From positions 744,001 through 808,000 of the forward strand of contig MU004190.1 in NCBI GenBank assembly GCA_010093605.1: a stretch of DNA of 64,000 nucleotides, given 5' to 3'. Positions 25,674-37,992 of this stretch are shown here, one piece after another. This DNA is from Lophium mytilinum. Taxonomy: Eukaryota. Each line of letters begins with the position of its first letter. The stretch's first letter is position 1. The notes under the pieces are model-generated. The model saw only the letters and a program-made list of their open reading frames with translations, ran no database searches and was not told the origin of the DNA. The translations under genes were made by a program, and so were the position numbers.

Positions 25674-27244
25674 ATGGCAATCCCCAAGAGATCGTCCAGA
25701 TGGTACCGCATCAAGTGGTTCACTCACGAAGATACTGCCGAAGAGCGTAAGCTCATATTGAAGCTGGATTTGCTTATTGTGCCTTATGCTTTTCTTTCAT
25801 ACTGGGTCAAATACATCGACCAAGCAAACATAAGTACGTCGAAACTCCTGGATCACGTGTGTAGTCGAGCGCTAATGATGGGAAAGACAATGCCTACGTC
25901 GGAGGTCTCAAGGAAGACTTGGGCTTTCAAGGCAATCAGCTCGTACATCTTCAAACGCTGTACACCCTCGGTGCAGTCCTTGGGCAGCTGCCATTCTTGT
26001 TCTTGTTCCCAAAGATTCCGATGTATCTGTTGATACCATCTCTGGATGTTATCTGGGGTGTATTCACACTGCTTCAGTACCGAGCTAATTCCTATGCGGA
26101 ACTCGCGGCATATCGCTTTCTAGTCGGATGGTTTGAGGCTGCCTTTTTCCCGGCGATGCATTTCATCTTTGGCTCCTGGTACCGCGGTGACGAAATTGCG
26201 AGACGTGGCGGCGTCTTCTACGTAGGACTCACCCTAGGGACCATGACTGCAGGCTTTATCCAAGCCGGCGCATCAGCGAAGCTGAACGGACTCCATGGAC
26301 TCGCCGGCTGGAGATGGATGTACATCATCTGCGCCATTATCACTATCCCTATCGGCTTGCTCGGACTAGTGGTACTTCCAGGAACACCGGACAAGCCCAA
26401 TCGACTGATCCTGACGCATAACGACATTGAGCTTGCATCTGCTCGGTTGGAAAGGGCCGGCCATGTGCTTACCGGAAAAGTCACGTGGGTTACCGTGGTG
26501 AAGTTGGCGAGGAGTCCGCGAATTTGGGCGCTTCTGCTTCTGGATGTCTTCTTCTGGAACGGCAGCATCAACACCTCGACAGGCGGATATCTGCTCTGGC
26601 TTAAGAGCTTGAAACGATACTCGAAGAGCCGACTGAACGAGCTTGGTACAGCGTCTCCGGGTCTTGGTATCTTCTATACGCTTCTCGTCTGCTTTTCCTC
26701 GGATCTGCTTCTTGGGCCTGCTTGGGCGATTACACTGGCGCACACTTGGAACATTATCGGACTGGTGATTCTGACAATATGGGACGTTCCGGAGACGGCG
26801 AAATGGTTTGCATTCATGACGACGTACTCCGCGGTCGCCATGTCGAGCGTTTTGTACGGATGGATCAACAGTCAGCTGAAGTATTCTCCCGCGGAGCGTT
26901 CTTTTACGCTTCTCCTGTCGAATGCTCTGGCACAGTCAACCACTGCTTGGACTCCGCTTCTGACTTTCAAGACGGTGGAAGCTCCGCGGTTTAAGAAGGG
27001 ATATCCTTTCGTACTGGCGAATGCGGTGTGTCTGATTGTGCTTGCACACCTGATCTCGTGGTACATTGAGCGGAAAGAGTGAGTTTTCGAAATCTTCCGA
27101 ACACTTAAGCAGTTGCTAATGTCGGTGATTAGCAACCCAAAAATTGGAACTATTGATGATAGCGAAAGGGTCGTAGAGGCGCCAGGAGAGACGCCCGTGA
27201 AAGGCCGCTCACCGGAGACGCGGTCGGTTGAAAGTAAGCTTTAG
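25674..27244 (+). CDS. MFS transporter, anion:cation symporter/allantoate permease family (Seo1/Liz1-like)
   Basis: KLDLLIVPY, YIDQANI, GWFEAAFFP, GSWYRGDEIARR, GLAGWRWMYII. Two introns. Confidence 0.9.
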
Positions 27245-27495
27245 GCGACTCTAGTAAGCCAGCAATAGAATAGAAGTATTAGAAAGCGCGCTTGACGGTT
27301 AAGCGGCACTGAGTATCAAATATCATGAGACTCGACTTTAAGCTTCTGGGGTAGCCTGTGCGCCTGACCCGTGAGAAGTTCTGGCAAAACCTCGCTCAGA
27401 AAGCGGCCCTTGAGACTATGTCAAAGTGCTGAAATTTCTAGCGAATGAATTTCAAGGTGTCGTGGAAAGGCGTTGTCCTACTCCACCATTGGCAG

Positions 27496-27505
27496 ATGGC
27501 GCAAT
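27496..27505. promoter_or_regulatory. Candidate CYS-3/MetR-type bZIP site (ATGGCGCAAT)
   Basis: One mismatch from the ATGRYRYCAT consensus, about 180 bp upstream of the second DszA-type gene. Confidence 0.4.
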
Positions 27506-27681
27506 CACCAAGGAGCATTGCGAGGGATCGTGCCCCACCTACTTTACTAGCGCCGTGACCAGGGTGAAGAGAGCCGTTATCGAAGTCCCAGAAAGCCGAC
27601 GAATGTATAAATGACTTGTCTTACTTCGAAAGCTAAAAGCAAAATCAAAATACCACAATTTGACCTACCTGCTTCTTCATT

Positions 27682-29325
27682 ATGTCAGACACTCCAGCCC
27701 TTGCCCAAAATGGCAATGTTACCGAGCCGAAGAAACACATCATTCTCAATGCGTTTGACATGTCTACGATCGGGCATTTGTCTCCCGGTCAATGGAAGGT
27801 AGATTTTGAACCTGGCACTTTCGGGTCCATGTTGCTGATGTTGCGTGCCTCTAGAACCCAGAGGACAGATCTGCTACTAAGCGGACTCTCAAGTATTGGA
27901 TAGACCTAGCAAAACTTCTAGAGCGTGGTGGAATCAATGCGTTGTTCCTAGCCGACACTTATGGTGGATACGATACCTATGAAGGCAGTTTAGATAACTG
28001 CATTCGACGAGCTGCACAATGGCCCGTCACTGATCCGACCATCGTAAGAGAGACGAAACGTACAGAAGGATAACGAGCCCTGGTAGCTGACAATTGATAT
28101 ATGTAGCCAATTTCAGCGATGGCAGCAGTGACGAAGAATCTCTCGTTCGCAATCACCGCTTCGACGTCGTTCGAGCCGCCGTTCCTGCTAGCGAAACGAT
28201 TTTCAACTCTCGATCACCTGACCGGGGGTAGGATAGGGTGGAATGTAGTTACAAGCTGGAAGAAGGCTGCATTCAAAGCCATCGGACTAGACACTCCTAT
28301 CGAGCATGATGAGCGGTATCAGCAAGCCGATGAGTATCTACGAGTTCTGTACAAGTAAGTCTCTAGACAGTGCCCAGCTCAACTTACCCGCTGATCCTGA
28401 ACGCCTCAGGCTTTGGGAAGGCTCATGGGCCGACGACGCCGTTTCCCCCGATCCTGCGAAGGACGAGTACGCGGACCCAAACAAGATCCGCACGATCCAC
28501 CACCATGGTAAGTACGTCAATCTAGACACCAAACACATCGTGGACCCTTCTCCGCAACGCACACCCTTCATCTTTCAAGCCGGCACCTCTCCAGCCGGCT
28601 CTCAGTTCGCTGCCACCCATGCCGAAGGCATCTTCGTCTCCTCCCATTCCACCAAAGTCCTCCGGCCCAAGATCGACGCCATCAGAAAGCTTGCTGCGGA
28701 GAATGGCCGTGACCCGCGCTCGATTAAGTTCTTCGCGACCTTTACGCCCATCGTAGCCGCGACAGACGAAGAGGCGAGAGCCAAGCACGAAGAATTGAAG
28801 AAGTACGCATCTACAGAAGGTGGGCTGGTGCTCGTGAGCGGCTGGACGGGCATCGATCTCTCCAAGTACCCGCTAGACCAAGAACTTACGGCCGCGGACT
28901 CTACGGAAGCACACAAAGTGCGGAGTCTGCTTGATTCGTTCACGACCACGAGTAAGGATATCCCAAAGTGGACGCCACGTGTGATCGCGGACAAGGCGTC
29001 AATTGGCGGTCTCGGGCCTGTGGCGATTGGGAGTCCGGCAACGGTGGCAGATGAATTGGAGAGGTGGGTTCGTGAGGCGGATATTGATGGGTTCAACTTG
29101 GGCTATGTGACGACGCCCGGGACGTTTGAGGATGTAGTCGATCTGCTCATTCCTGAATTGAGGAGGCGAGGGCTGTACCCAGAAGCAATTGAAGACGGCT
29201 TGACCGCCAGGGAGAGGGTGTACGGAAAGGGCCAGAATGGGGTGAGAAAGGACCACATTGGCAGTCGGTACAAGTACGATGTGTACACGGAAGACAAGCC
29301 TTATGAGGCGAATGGTACTAAATAG
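27682..29325 (+). CDS. Second luciferase-like monooxygenase (DszA/NtaA family)
   Basis: KKHIILNAFDM, AAQWPVTDP, STSFEPPFLLAKRFSTLDHLTGGRIGWNVVTSW, PSPQRTPFIFQAGTS, ADIDGFN. Three introns. Confidence 0.92.
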
Positions 29326-30039
29326 GCTGGGGTGGAGAAAGCTGACGGAGGGATCGCGGTAGTAATTGAGCAGGCCATTCCCATGAGATGCTGAAGGTCC
29401 ACGTCTTCTGATATTCCTAGCATATGCGAATTGTTGTCGGACTGTAAACCCTAAACAATATAGGATACGATAACACGTTCTAGACACTTAGATATAGACC
29501 CATCTGTAGCCTATAGAAGATGAATCCACTGCCCTCCTCGGAGAGATTATGGGTTTCCGTCTTTCAACAGTTGGAGAATGAATGATCGACTGCGAATTAG
29601 AAATAGGAATTGTCTCCCAGATGTAGGAACGGCGGCAAACGATGGTGAGCGACTTTCGGTTCTACCGGATATGCCTCAAAGCCATATCAATGATGCATCA
29701 GCCCTAGACTGCGAAGTAGCCGATGAAGAAGATGCTCAGAGAGAAATCTCAGAAAGAGAAACCTGGCGCCCCGGATACTGGGAAGGAATTAGCGCAAAAC
29801 CCTAGATCCACCGTAGCCTAGTGGCTTAGTGGGGACATCAGGCAAGTTGAGGCGAGCTGACCCTTTGCTTACTCCAAGTTTCCGACAAGACAATACAAAG
29901 GTAGCTGCTTTTCAATGTATACAGGCTTCAGGCAGAGACTATCAGCATCGTGCCGAGATATCAGTGGCGTCCTCAGCTGAAGTCAAAATCTCTTTGTAAC
30001 TTTTCCAGTCTGACAACAACTGCACCACCTTCCAACAAA

Positions 30040-31084
30040 ATGGGCGGCATCCTTGGCTTCCTCTACCGCCAATTGACCTTCAAACCCAAACCCCTTCCAT
30101 CTACCATCTCCCTAGCAGGTAGCACAGCGCTCATCACCGGTGCCAACATCGGCTTGGGCTTCGAAGCCGCCCGCGAACTCGCATGCCACAAACTATCCCG
30201 TCTCATCCTTGCCGTGAGGGACACCTCAAAGGGTGAAACCGCAAAGACTACCATCTCAAAGGAGAGCCCCGGCTGCGATGTCCATGTATGGCAACTGGAT
30301 TACGATTCCTACGACAGCATAGTCGCTTTTGGTGCCAAAGTCGCGACTCTCGATCGGCTTGATTACGTCCTTCTCAATGCGGGCTTGAAGCAGGTGACGT
30401 ACACGGCATCACATACGGGCCATGAAACGAATGTGCAAATCAATCATATCGGGACGTCACTTCTTTCCTTGCTCATCCTGCCGACTCTACAGAAGACGGC
30501 GAAAGAGACGGGAAAGCCGTCGCGGATGACGATAGTGTCTTCAGAAGGACATTTCTGGACCCCCTTCAAGGAGCGAAGCGCTCCTAACATCCTTGCGCGA
30601 TTGGACGAGGAAGAGACGTTTGGTCGTGTGATGCAGCGGTACTACACGTCGAAGTTGCTTAACGTATTTTGGACGAGGGAGCTCGCGAGTAGGATTGACA
30701 AGAGCGAAGTCGTTATCAATACGCCCAATCCGGGATGGTGTTATAGCGGGTTGCACAGATATCAAATGACCAGTCTGTATGACCTTGTACTGAGGATGCT
30801 TTCATGGACAAGCGCGGAGGGAGGTCACTGCTTAGTGGATGCATTGGTGCTTCATGAAGAGTCTCATGGTCAATATCTAAGCGAACAGAAGGAGACCCCG
30901 TAAGTCATTGCAGTTGCTGTGACGGGTTGCATCTCGCTGACTATTCCAACACTATGGACCTTCAAGTTTTGTTGTTTCCACGGAAGGCGAAAAGGTCCAA
31001 AAGCAAATCTGGAGCGAGACTTTAGATTTGCTCAAAAGGGAGGTGCCTGGGGCAACCATTCCGGGTCTTGCGGTTGCCACTTGA
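30040..31084 (+). CDS. Short-chain dehydrogenase/reductase (retinol dehydrogenase-like)
   Basis: TGANIGLG, LNAG, YYTSK (YxxxK). Terminal exon FVVSTEGEKVQKQIWSET follows an intron starting at 30900. Confidence 0.88.
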
Positions 31085-31212
31085 AGAAAGCAGGTACTCT
31101 CTTGCGTCCGAGCCAGGTTGAGATGAAACAGCAGTGGGTTAGCATACTACCATAATGGATAGATACGGTAAATCAGCATCACGAAGGCTTCCCATGCGTT
31201 AGAATAGGGAGA

Positions 31213-32621
31213 TCAACTCCTCATATTGTTTAACGGATAGCTTTCTGCATCATCGTCCAGGTCATCAACCTCAAAATCACGAGCGCTCTGGATTCTCTCC
31301 TCCTCATCTTTCAGCTTCCCGAACCCCTTGCCATCCGCAGAGTCCGCTGGATTCGGATACGGAGTATCGCACCCTCTGGACTTGAGGGAAGGGTAGTATC
31401 TCCTGTACGTGTAGAAAGCTACCAATAGACCGATTATCGATCCAGTAGTCACGTCATAAACGTCGTGTCTGTAATCTTCGCATCGTGATATGGCGATCAA
31501 TGCAGCTCCAAGAAGTGGAGCCAGTGCCAAAAGAACCCGCCCGAGATCCGTGCGAGGTCGAAAAACGTGGCATTGCCCTGCTATAAAGAGAGCAAGGTAG
31601 CCGAGGCCGCTGAAAGAGAAGCTACTGTGGCCGCTAGGGAAGCTGCGCCATCCGTCGTGTAGCACGTGGTGGTTCGTTTCTGTGCAAATCTCCCATGTCA
31701 CTAGTTGGTGTTCCGAGGTGCCTTTCTCCTGAGTGATTATGAGAAATCTTCAGAAATATTGCTCAAGCAGATTGATATGTACGTACTGGCTTGCATCGAG
31801 CAATTAAATCAGGCCGTGGTCGGCCGACTGCATTCTTAATCACCTATGTCACGTATAAGCAAGCTGTTATGGCCTATCGAAAGCCATCAAGATCTTACAT
31901 CTGTAATGAACAACGTCAAGATCAAGCTGTCACTGATCAGCCAAATGTCTTTCTGATTTGTGGCTACTGCCAGTAGTACCTTATGAACCAGCCGAGAATC
32001 GTCACATGTGCTTTGTGTCCCTTTGGTCGGAAAGCTAGGGCCCAGAATATCAACACCCCTAGAGGAACGCCGCCAGCGTAGATGAACAGCCAAGCTATAC
32101 ATGCATAAGTATTGGTGTGGTGGTGTATAGGCTTCAAGTTGTTCACGTACTGACTGGTACTCTCTCTTGCTCGGCATGTGGGTATTGTATGGCGAGATTA
32201 TCAAGGGAAAACATGCGGTGGAATGGTTCGGCAAAGAATTGGAGCTGCGACTTGTTAACGCTGTGTTCTAAATAGCCAGTATGATTGGTGTAGATGATGG
32301 GCAATAGAGTTCGTAGCGAGAAGCATCATAGCAATTGTGCAAGTTGTTCATGAAGCAACAGGACAAGGGGCAGCGAGAAGGAGATTCGGCCCGAGGGCAG
32401 GGAATGAGGAGGACGACGTACTAGAATGTATGCAGTAAGAAGAACGGCGAGACCAACGTAGTCTGAAGCATAAGAACGCTGCCGTTTGTCAGTTGGACCC
32501 TTCGAATGGGTACTTACTGGGTCCTCACCTGCCAGAAACGAGCAAAAGAACCCACAAAACCTGGCGACTGGGTCAGGCTGTTGATACGCCGGTGGTTAGA
32601 TTGAGGCCCTTGGCCAGGCAT
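31213..32621 (-). CDS. PAP2-family lipid phosphate phosphatase (DPP1-like)
   Basis: K-x6-RP (KNAVGRPRP), SFPSGHSS and SRCEDYRHDVYDV catalytic motifs. Several introns. Confidence 0.88.
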
Positions 32622-32887
32622 AGTCGCTTCAATCGCGTTGGAAGTGCATTCAGGGCATGACAGGAGAAGGTGTTGAGGCTCGGGGGAGACGTCGTTCACT
32701 CCGCGACGTCTAAATCCTTGGCACGCTATTCGTCGATCTGCCGCCGCCGAATTCCCCGTGCTCTCCTCCATCAACAACAAAGCCTTCATTCTATAGTCGA
32801 CACCAAGCAGCTTTTCAGCACGTCCAGACTCATATCTACACTACAGCATCCTTCCTTATTTTACGCCACGAACACGCGACCATCACC

Positions 32888-33713
32888 ATGGAGGACGACG
32901 AAGAGCCCGCGAGCTACGGACCTCCCCAACCGCCGCCTTTCTACAAACACTTCACTGCGCAGAATCTCGAGCGTCTCAAGGAAATACGGGAAGCTGTAGG
33001 CTCCGAGGGCAACGACGATACCGAAGCTTCAGCTCCCACAATGCTGGAGTTGCCTCCGGAATTGCGATACCTTGTTCCACCTGAGCCACCTGCAGACGGC
33101 ATATACAAGTCATTTGGAGAAACCAAGCATGTAAGTTGAATACGATCGAATGGCTATGTTATACTCTGGCTAACAGTGCTCCAAGATTCAAGCGCCTCTC
33201 TCGTCACTCAAAGAATTCGACATAGAGCAATTATACCCATCATCGCCGACCTCGCCCTCCGCTACTGAAGGCATCCAGTCAGATTGGACCCTTGATCGCG
33301 CATTCTACCTTAAGAAGATTGCCAGATCCATACTTCTCAACTTCTTAGAGCTCGTAGGCGTGCTCTCTGTAAATCCTGCGCAGCACGATGAAAAAATAGC
33401 GGACCTCCGAACACTATACGCAAACGCACACCACCTAATCAATGAGTACCGGCCTCACCAAGCTCGCGAGACTCTAATCCTGATGATGGAGGATCAGCTG
33501 GAGAAAGCACGAGCTGAGGTGGAAGGCATCAAAGGGATGAAGCAGAAAATAAATGATGTTATAGGTGGATTAGGCAAGGCAACGCTGGAGTCTCCAGACG
33601 GAGTCCCCATTAACAGCGAGAACTCGGCTCCCCCGTCACCCGAAAACAAGCGGAAAGAAGAGCAACGACAGATATGGAACGCTCTAAATGATGAAGAGTG
33701 GCTTGATGGGTGA
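32888..33713 (+). CDS. MED7: Mediator complex subunit 7
   Basis: PPPFYKHFT, LRYLVPPEPP, SILLNFLEL, HHLINEYRPHQARETLI. One intron at about 33131-33185. Confidence 0.93.
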
Positions 33714-34861
33714 TACCCTGCTTCGTCGAACTATACGATCAATCAATCTGTTGGAGTGACCTTACGGACTTTTTAAAGCGCAGCCATGGACCCCTGGGAG
33801 CCTCCTATTTGGTTAATTGACAGGATATACCACAGGCTCCACCGTCGAGTCGCGGGCATTGTGGCCTTGATCTCAATTCGATTGGATGGAATCTGGTGCC
33901 TCCACAGCTTGCCTACAAGGTACAGCATCGAGTAGAGCATCATTGAAATAGACGCACTAATCAAAGCTCTTCTGGGCCAGCTCGGTCTATCGAGGAGAGT
34001 ACCAAAAACACCTCAGGTATCACGACGATATATCAATGGATTCATCACGGGCTTTCCAAACTCGCGCCACACAATCTCTTCATAGCTCATTGAAGTATAC
34101 GACTAACTACGTCCATATATAAGAATTTGAAGTTCCCACTATTACTATACTTGCATGAAACCCTCTAAGTCAAGAGACTCACCATTCCAGCAATGCGAAA
34201 CAGCCTCGTTGTCAACCCCTGCTGCTCGGATCATCTCTGAAACTCTCCAACCGACAACATGGCTGCAGCGCACCACTCACACCTCCTATATCACTAGCTA
34301 CTCCACCTCAACTTCTCGAAATGAATGCTTTACCGTGCTTGGGCCCACATAGCAAGTCTTCTCTACTCGAACAATGTGGGGTCGCGGTTACCGGCAATGT
34401 TTGGGAATCCACTTTGCTCACAGACTGTAGGCCTCTCTCCAATCTTCTCTCGTCTGAGAGCTCAAGGCCGTCAGGCGAAGCTACTCGATGCCCGAGGCGC
34501 GCTCTAGGCACCACGTACGTCAACTCCACAAACGCCTTACGACGAGCGTGTGATCTACGAGGTTGCGGAGTGTTGCTCCATTAAGCAAAAGAGGAGATAT
34601 ACGAGACGTGAAATGGAAGAGAGCATGAATACACAGCGCTTCGAGGTCGTGATACGAGACGTAATGGCGAGTCGGCGAGTGGAACTCTCAGCGAGCAACT
34701 AGACGTATAACTGGGAGGCGGTACGCTCGAGTCTCTCGACCATCTACTTCTTCAACACTTGGTTCTGCGAGCTGTGGTAAGGTTTTCAACATCCCCTGTG
34801 CCTCATTTTTGTTCTCTTTTTCTACTGCTGGCCAGTAGGTAATCCTCAACCCACCACCACC

Positions 34862-35514
34862 ATGCACTTCTCCACCCTCACCCAGGCCCTCACGGTCACC
34901 GTCTTAGCATATGCTCCCCTTATTGCTGGTTACAACGATTACGGCACCAGCTTGGCTGAGCGCTTCATTGTACGTTTCCATTACCGTTTTGCCGTACTAT
35001 CAAATGCTAATATAGTCTGTAGGGTGGCTCGGCCAACGCGGCCGCTCATTATATCGCCCAGATCCGCGATTACCAGGAGCATAAGAGAGAAGAGGTTGAA
35101 GCAAGAGAGATTAATGAGATCATCGCGAGGCAGCCGCTTAAGGCCAGACGCCCGCAACGTGGAGGAGGGGGAGGACGAGCTGGAGGGGCGGGTCGTGCAA
35201 AGGCTGGAGGTAATACCGCTGTGGGCAATGCTGGAAACGCGAATGCTGCAAACACTGGAAACACCAACGCTGCGAAATCTGGAAAAGCTGGGAAAGCCGG
35301 GAAAGGAGGTAACCAAGCCGCTTCCCAGCAGGCGGCTACCCAACAAGCTGCATCTCAACAGGCCGCTACCCAACAGGCCGCCGCCCAACAGGCCGCGGCC
35401 AACACAACTGCCGCTGCTTGCACCCGACGCCTGAGAGCACGATTCCCGCACAAGAAGCAGAAGGCGGCGGCGGCTTGTGCGAGGGGCGTGGGGATGGCGG
35501 ATCTTCTAGAGTAA
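34862..35514 (+). CDS. Small secreted low-complexity protein (about 199 aa)
   Basis: Signal-peptide-like MHFSTLTQALTVTVLAYAPLIA. Intron 34970-35022 (GTACGT..CTAAT..TAG) joins in frame to an exon with a KR site, G/N/A-rich stretch and QQAA(T/S) repeats. Confidence 0.7.
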
Positions 35515-35880
35515 CGGACATTACGGACACGGGGACATTTCCGCGGTGGGGACGAATAGATAGCAAGGGGATATAGTAGGAGACGGAGGTTGGAAGAATC
35601 AATAGTCACATTCCCTCGTTATACATCTGTTAGGGCAAGACAAACCTTACTTCAAATCATACTTTGACAACCACTACCATCCGATATCACAGCTGAGCAC
35701 GAGAAATGCGATCACCGCCCTACCCAGCCCAGATTATTCACCTCCCCATCCCAAAACCGAACCCCCCAGAGGGGGACATCTTTCTCCTTCATCGCATCTC
35801 ACCACACCTAACCCCACGCGCAGCGCTCCCTTCCCCCACCCCTTTCTATCTCCTTCCTCCCCCCTGCCCCCCACACCCCT

Positions 35881-37992
35881 CTACTTCGCCTCCTCCGCCC
35901 CCGCCGTCGCCGCATCCCCCTCTCCTCCTTCCTCCTTCTTTGCCTGATGCATCCCCATCTTCACCATCGGACTCTGCATCAGCGTCTCCCACGAGTGGAT
36001 GAACATGCTCTGTTTATACGAGATCTGCATCTCGGTGGTGCCGCGCGCGAGGACTTCTGCGTCGTATGCGTCGATGGCGGCGGCGAGAGACGAGTTGGTG
36101 GAGGCGGTGATGAGGGCGGCGACGAGGTTGGAGGCGTCTTGGAGGGCGTTGTTGAGGCCTTGGCCGCGGTCTGGGGGTGGGGGGTTAGTGGGGGATGGGT
36201 GAGGTGAGGAGTGAGGAAGTAGTACAGGGTGAGAAGTAAGAAGAGTGAAAAGGACAAAAGCAAAAGACTCGTTCGTAGTGTTGTTGCTCCCTTTAACGCA
36301 AGGGACATGACCATCCCCCAAAAAATGCGATTAAAAAAATCCCACACCACCTGCCCCTCGAACCCCGAACCCTAGCCTACGGGAACAAAAACACCACCCT
36401 CCGTAAAGAGGGTGTAGCCACTGCTCCGCGCTTTGCGAAAGTTTCTTTGAGAAACAGACCAACATTGAATCGCCGTTAGGCATGGTATTGCGACATACTG
36501 GGAGAAAGATCCCAAGGGCAAAGTCCGATTCGTTGATTTGATTGGTAGTGCCAAGGAATAAGACGATATATAAACGTAGGCTGGGGAAACATGTGCTCGT
36601 GCATGATTTATGCATTTATGCGGGGATGAAGAGCAGATGAACTCGGAACTCACGGGGTGTCATTGGATGCGCGGCGTCACCGCATAGAGTCAGCCTGCCA
36701 TCGCGGTTGTCCCATTTGGAGGCCTTCTCCCATAAGGTGCCCGGGTCCATGGGGAGGTTGGTGGAGGTTGGGACGGCGGCGCCGAGGGAGCGCCAGGGCT
36801 CGGCGTAGGTTTCTGAGCGCGATTTGAAGAAAGCCATGCGGTCTGCGTAGGTCTGGAGGTGGGAGGGGAGGGGGTCGTGTGTCCAGCTCATGAGGACTTG
36901 GAAGAGCCAGGTGGATGGGTCGGGGGATGGGACGTCTTGGACTAAGGGGGTCAGTGAAATTCGAAGTTCACATTCAGACCCCTCTCACTTCACTCTTGCA
37001 AGCGAGCATCTTAAAGTGGCCCTCTCTCCTCCCCATCGCCACGCAAGAAACGCAAGAGAAAAACAGCACTTACTACTAGTCCAAAACATACTCCCATGAT
37101 CCGGATGAATCGCACTCACGAAAAGCGGACTCAATCCCCTCACCTTCTCCGCCAACTCCGCTGGGAACTTCGTCGTGAAATTAAACATCGTGAGCGGCAC
37201 TTCCGTCAACCCTGCCGCCTCTTTCCCTACAATACACTCTCTTGCCGTGCTCCTCGCCCCATCGCACCCCACGAGCACATCACCCACCGCTTTGCTCCCA
37301 TCTTTAAAAACAGCAACAACCTTCTCCCCCTCCTCCCCTTCAACAGCTTCTATGGAGACAGAAACGAGCTCTTTCCCGTAATGAACATCAAGTCCTTCTT
37401 TGAAGAGGTTTCGTAGCTTCTTTCGCGAGACGCGGCACGGGTTCGCGGCCGCCATGACCATGATCTGCTCGCCGGTTTTGCCGTTGTAGATCGGGAGGCC
37501 CTTGACGGACGTCGGGTCGATAGAGGCGTCGGCGTAGGTTTCTGATAAGCGGGCGACTAGTTCTGGGGGCAGGCAGTTGGAGACGTGCTCGGAGCCCCAA
37601 TGGAGTGTCATGCCCCATTCTCGCGGCCGGGTTTGGTAGGAGGTGTCTGTTTCATATTCGTAGAGGGAGTAGGGGAGGTTGGCCTAGGGGTGGGGAGTAA
37701 GTATGGAAGGATGGAAGGAGAGAGAGAGAATGGAGATTAAAGTGGAGATGAAGATGCACGACGAATCAGAAACACGTCAGGGAAAGATCGTGATAATAGA
37801 AGTGAGACGATGGGAAGGAAGAATGGAATACAGAACGTTGAAATCTGACTACCTTCTTCAAACCCTGAGCTACAAGCAGGCCCGTCGTCCCTATCAACGC
37901 ATCAGTCGTCTATACCTTCTCCCACCAATTGCCCTGGGGCCAGACAAACCTGCTCCAATGATAATCGTATGCAGCTTCTTCTCCGTCGCCAT
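35881..37992 (-). CDS. Group A FAD-dependent monooxygenase (aromatic hydroxylase-like)
   Basis: IIIGAG FAD motif, LVGCDGARS (DG motif), LCGDAAHPMTP|HRGQGLNNALQDA (GD motif) across a 483-nt intron. Confidence 0.88.
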
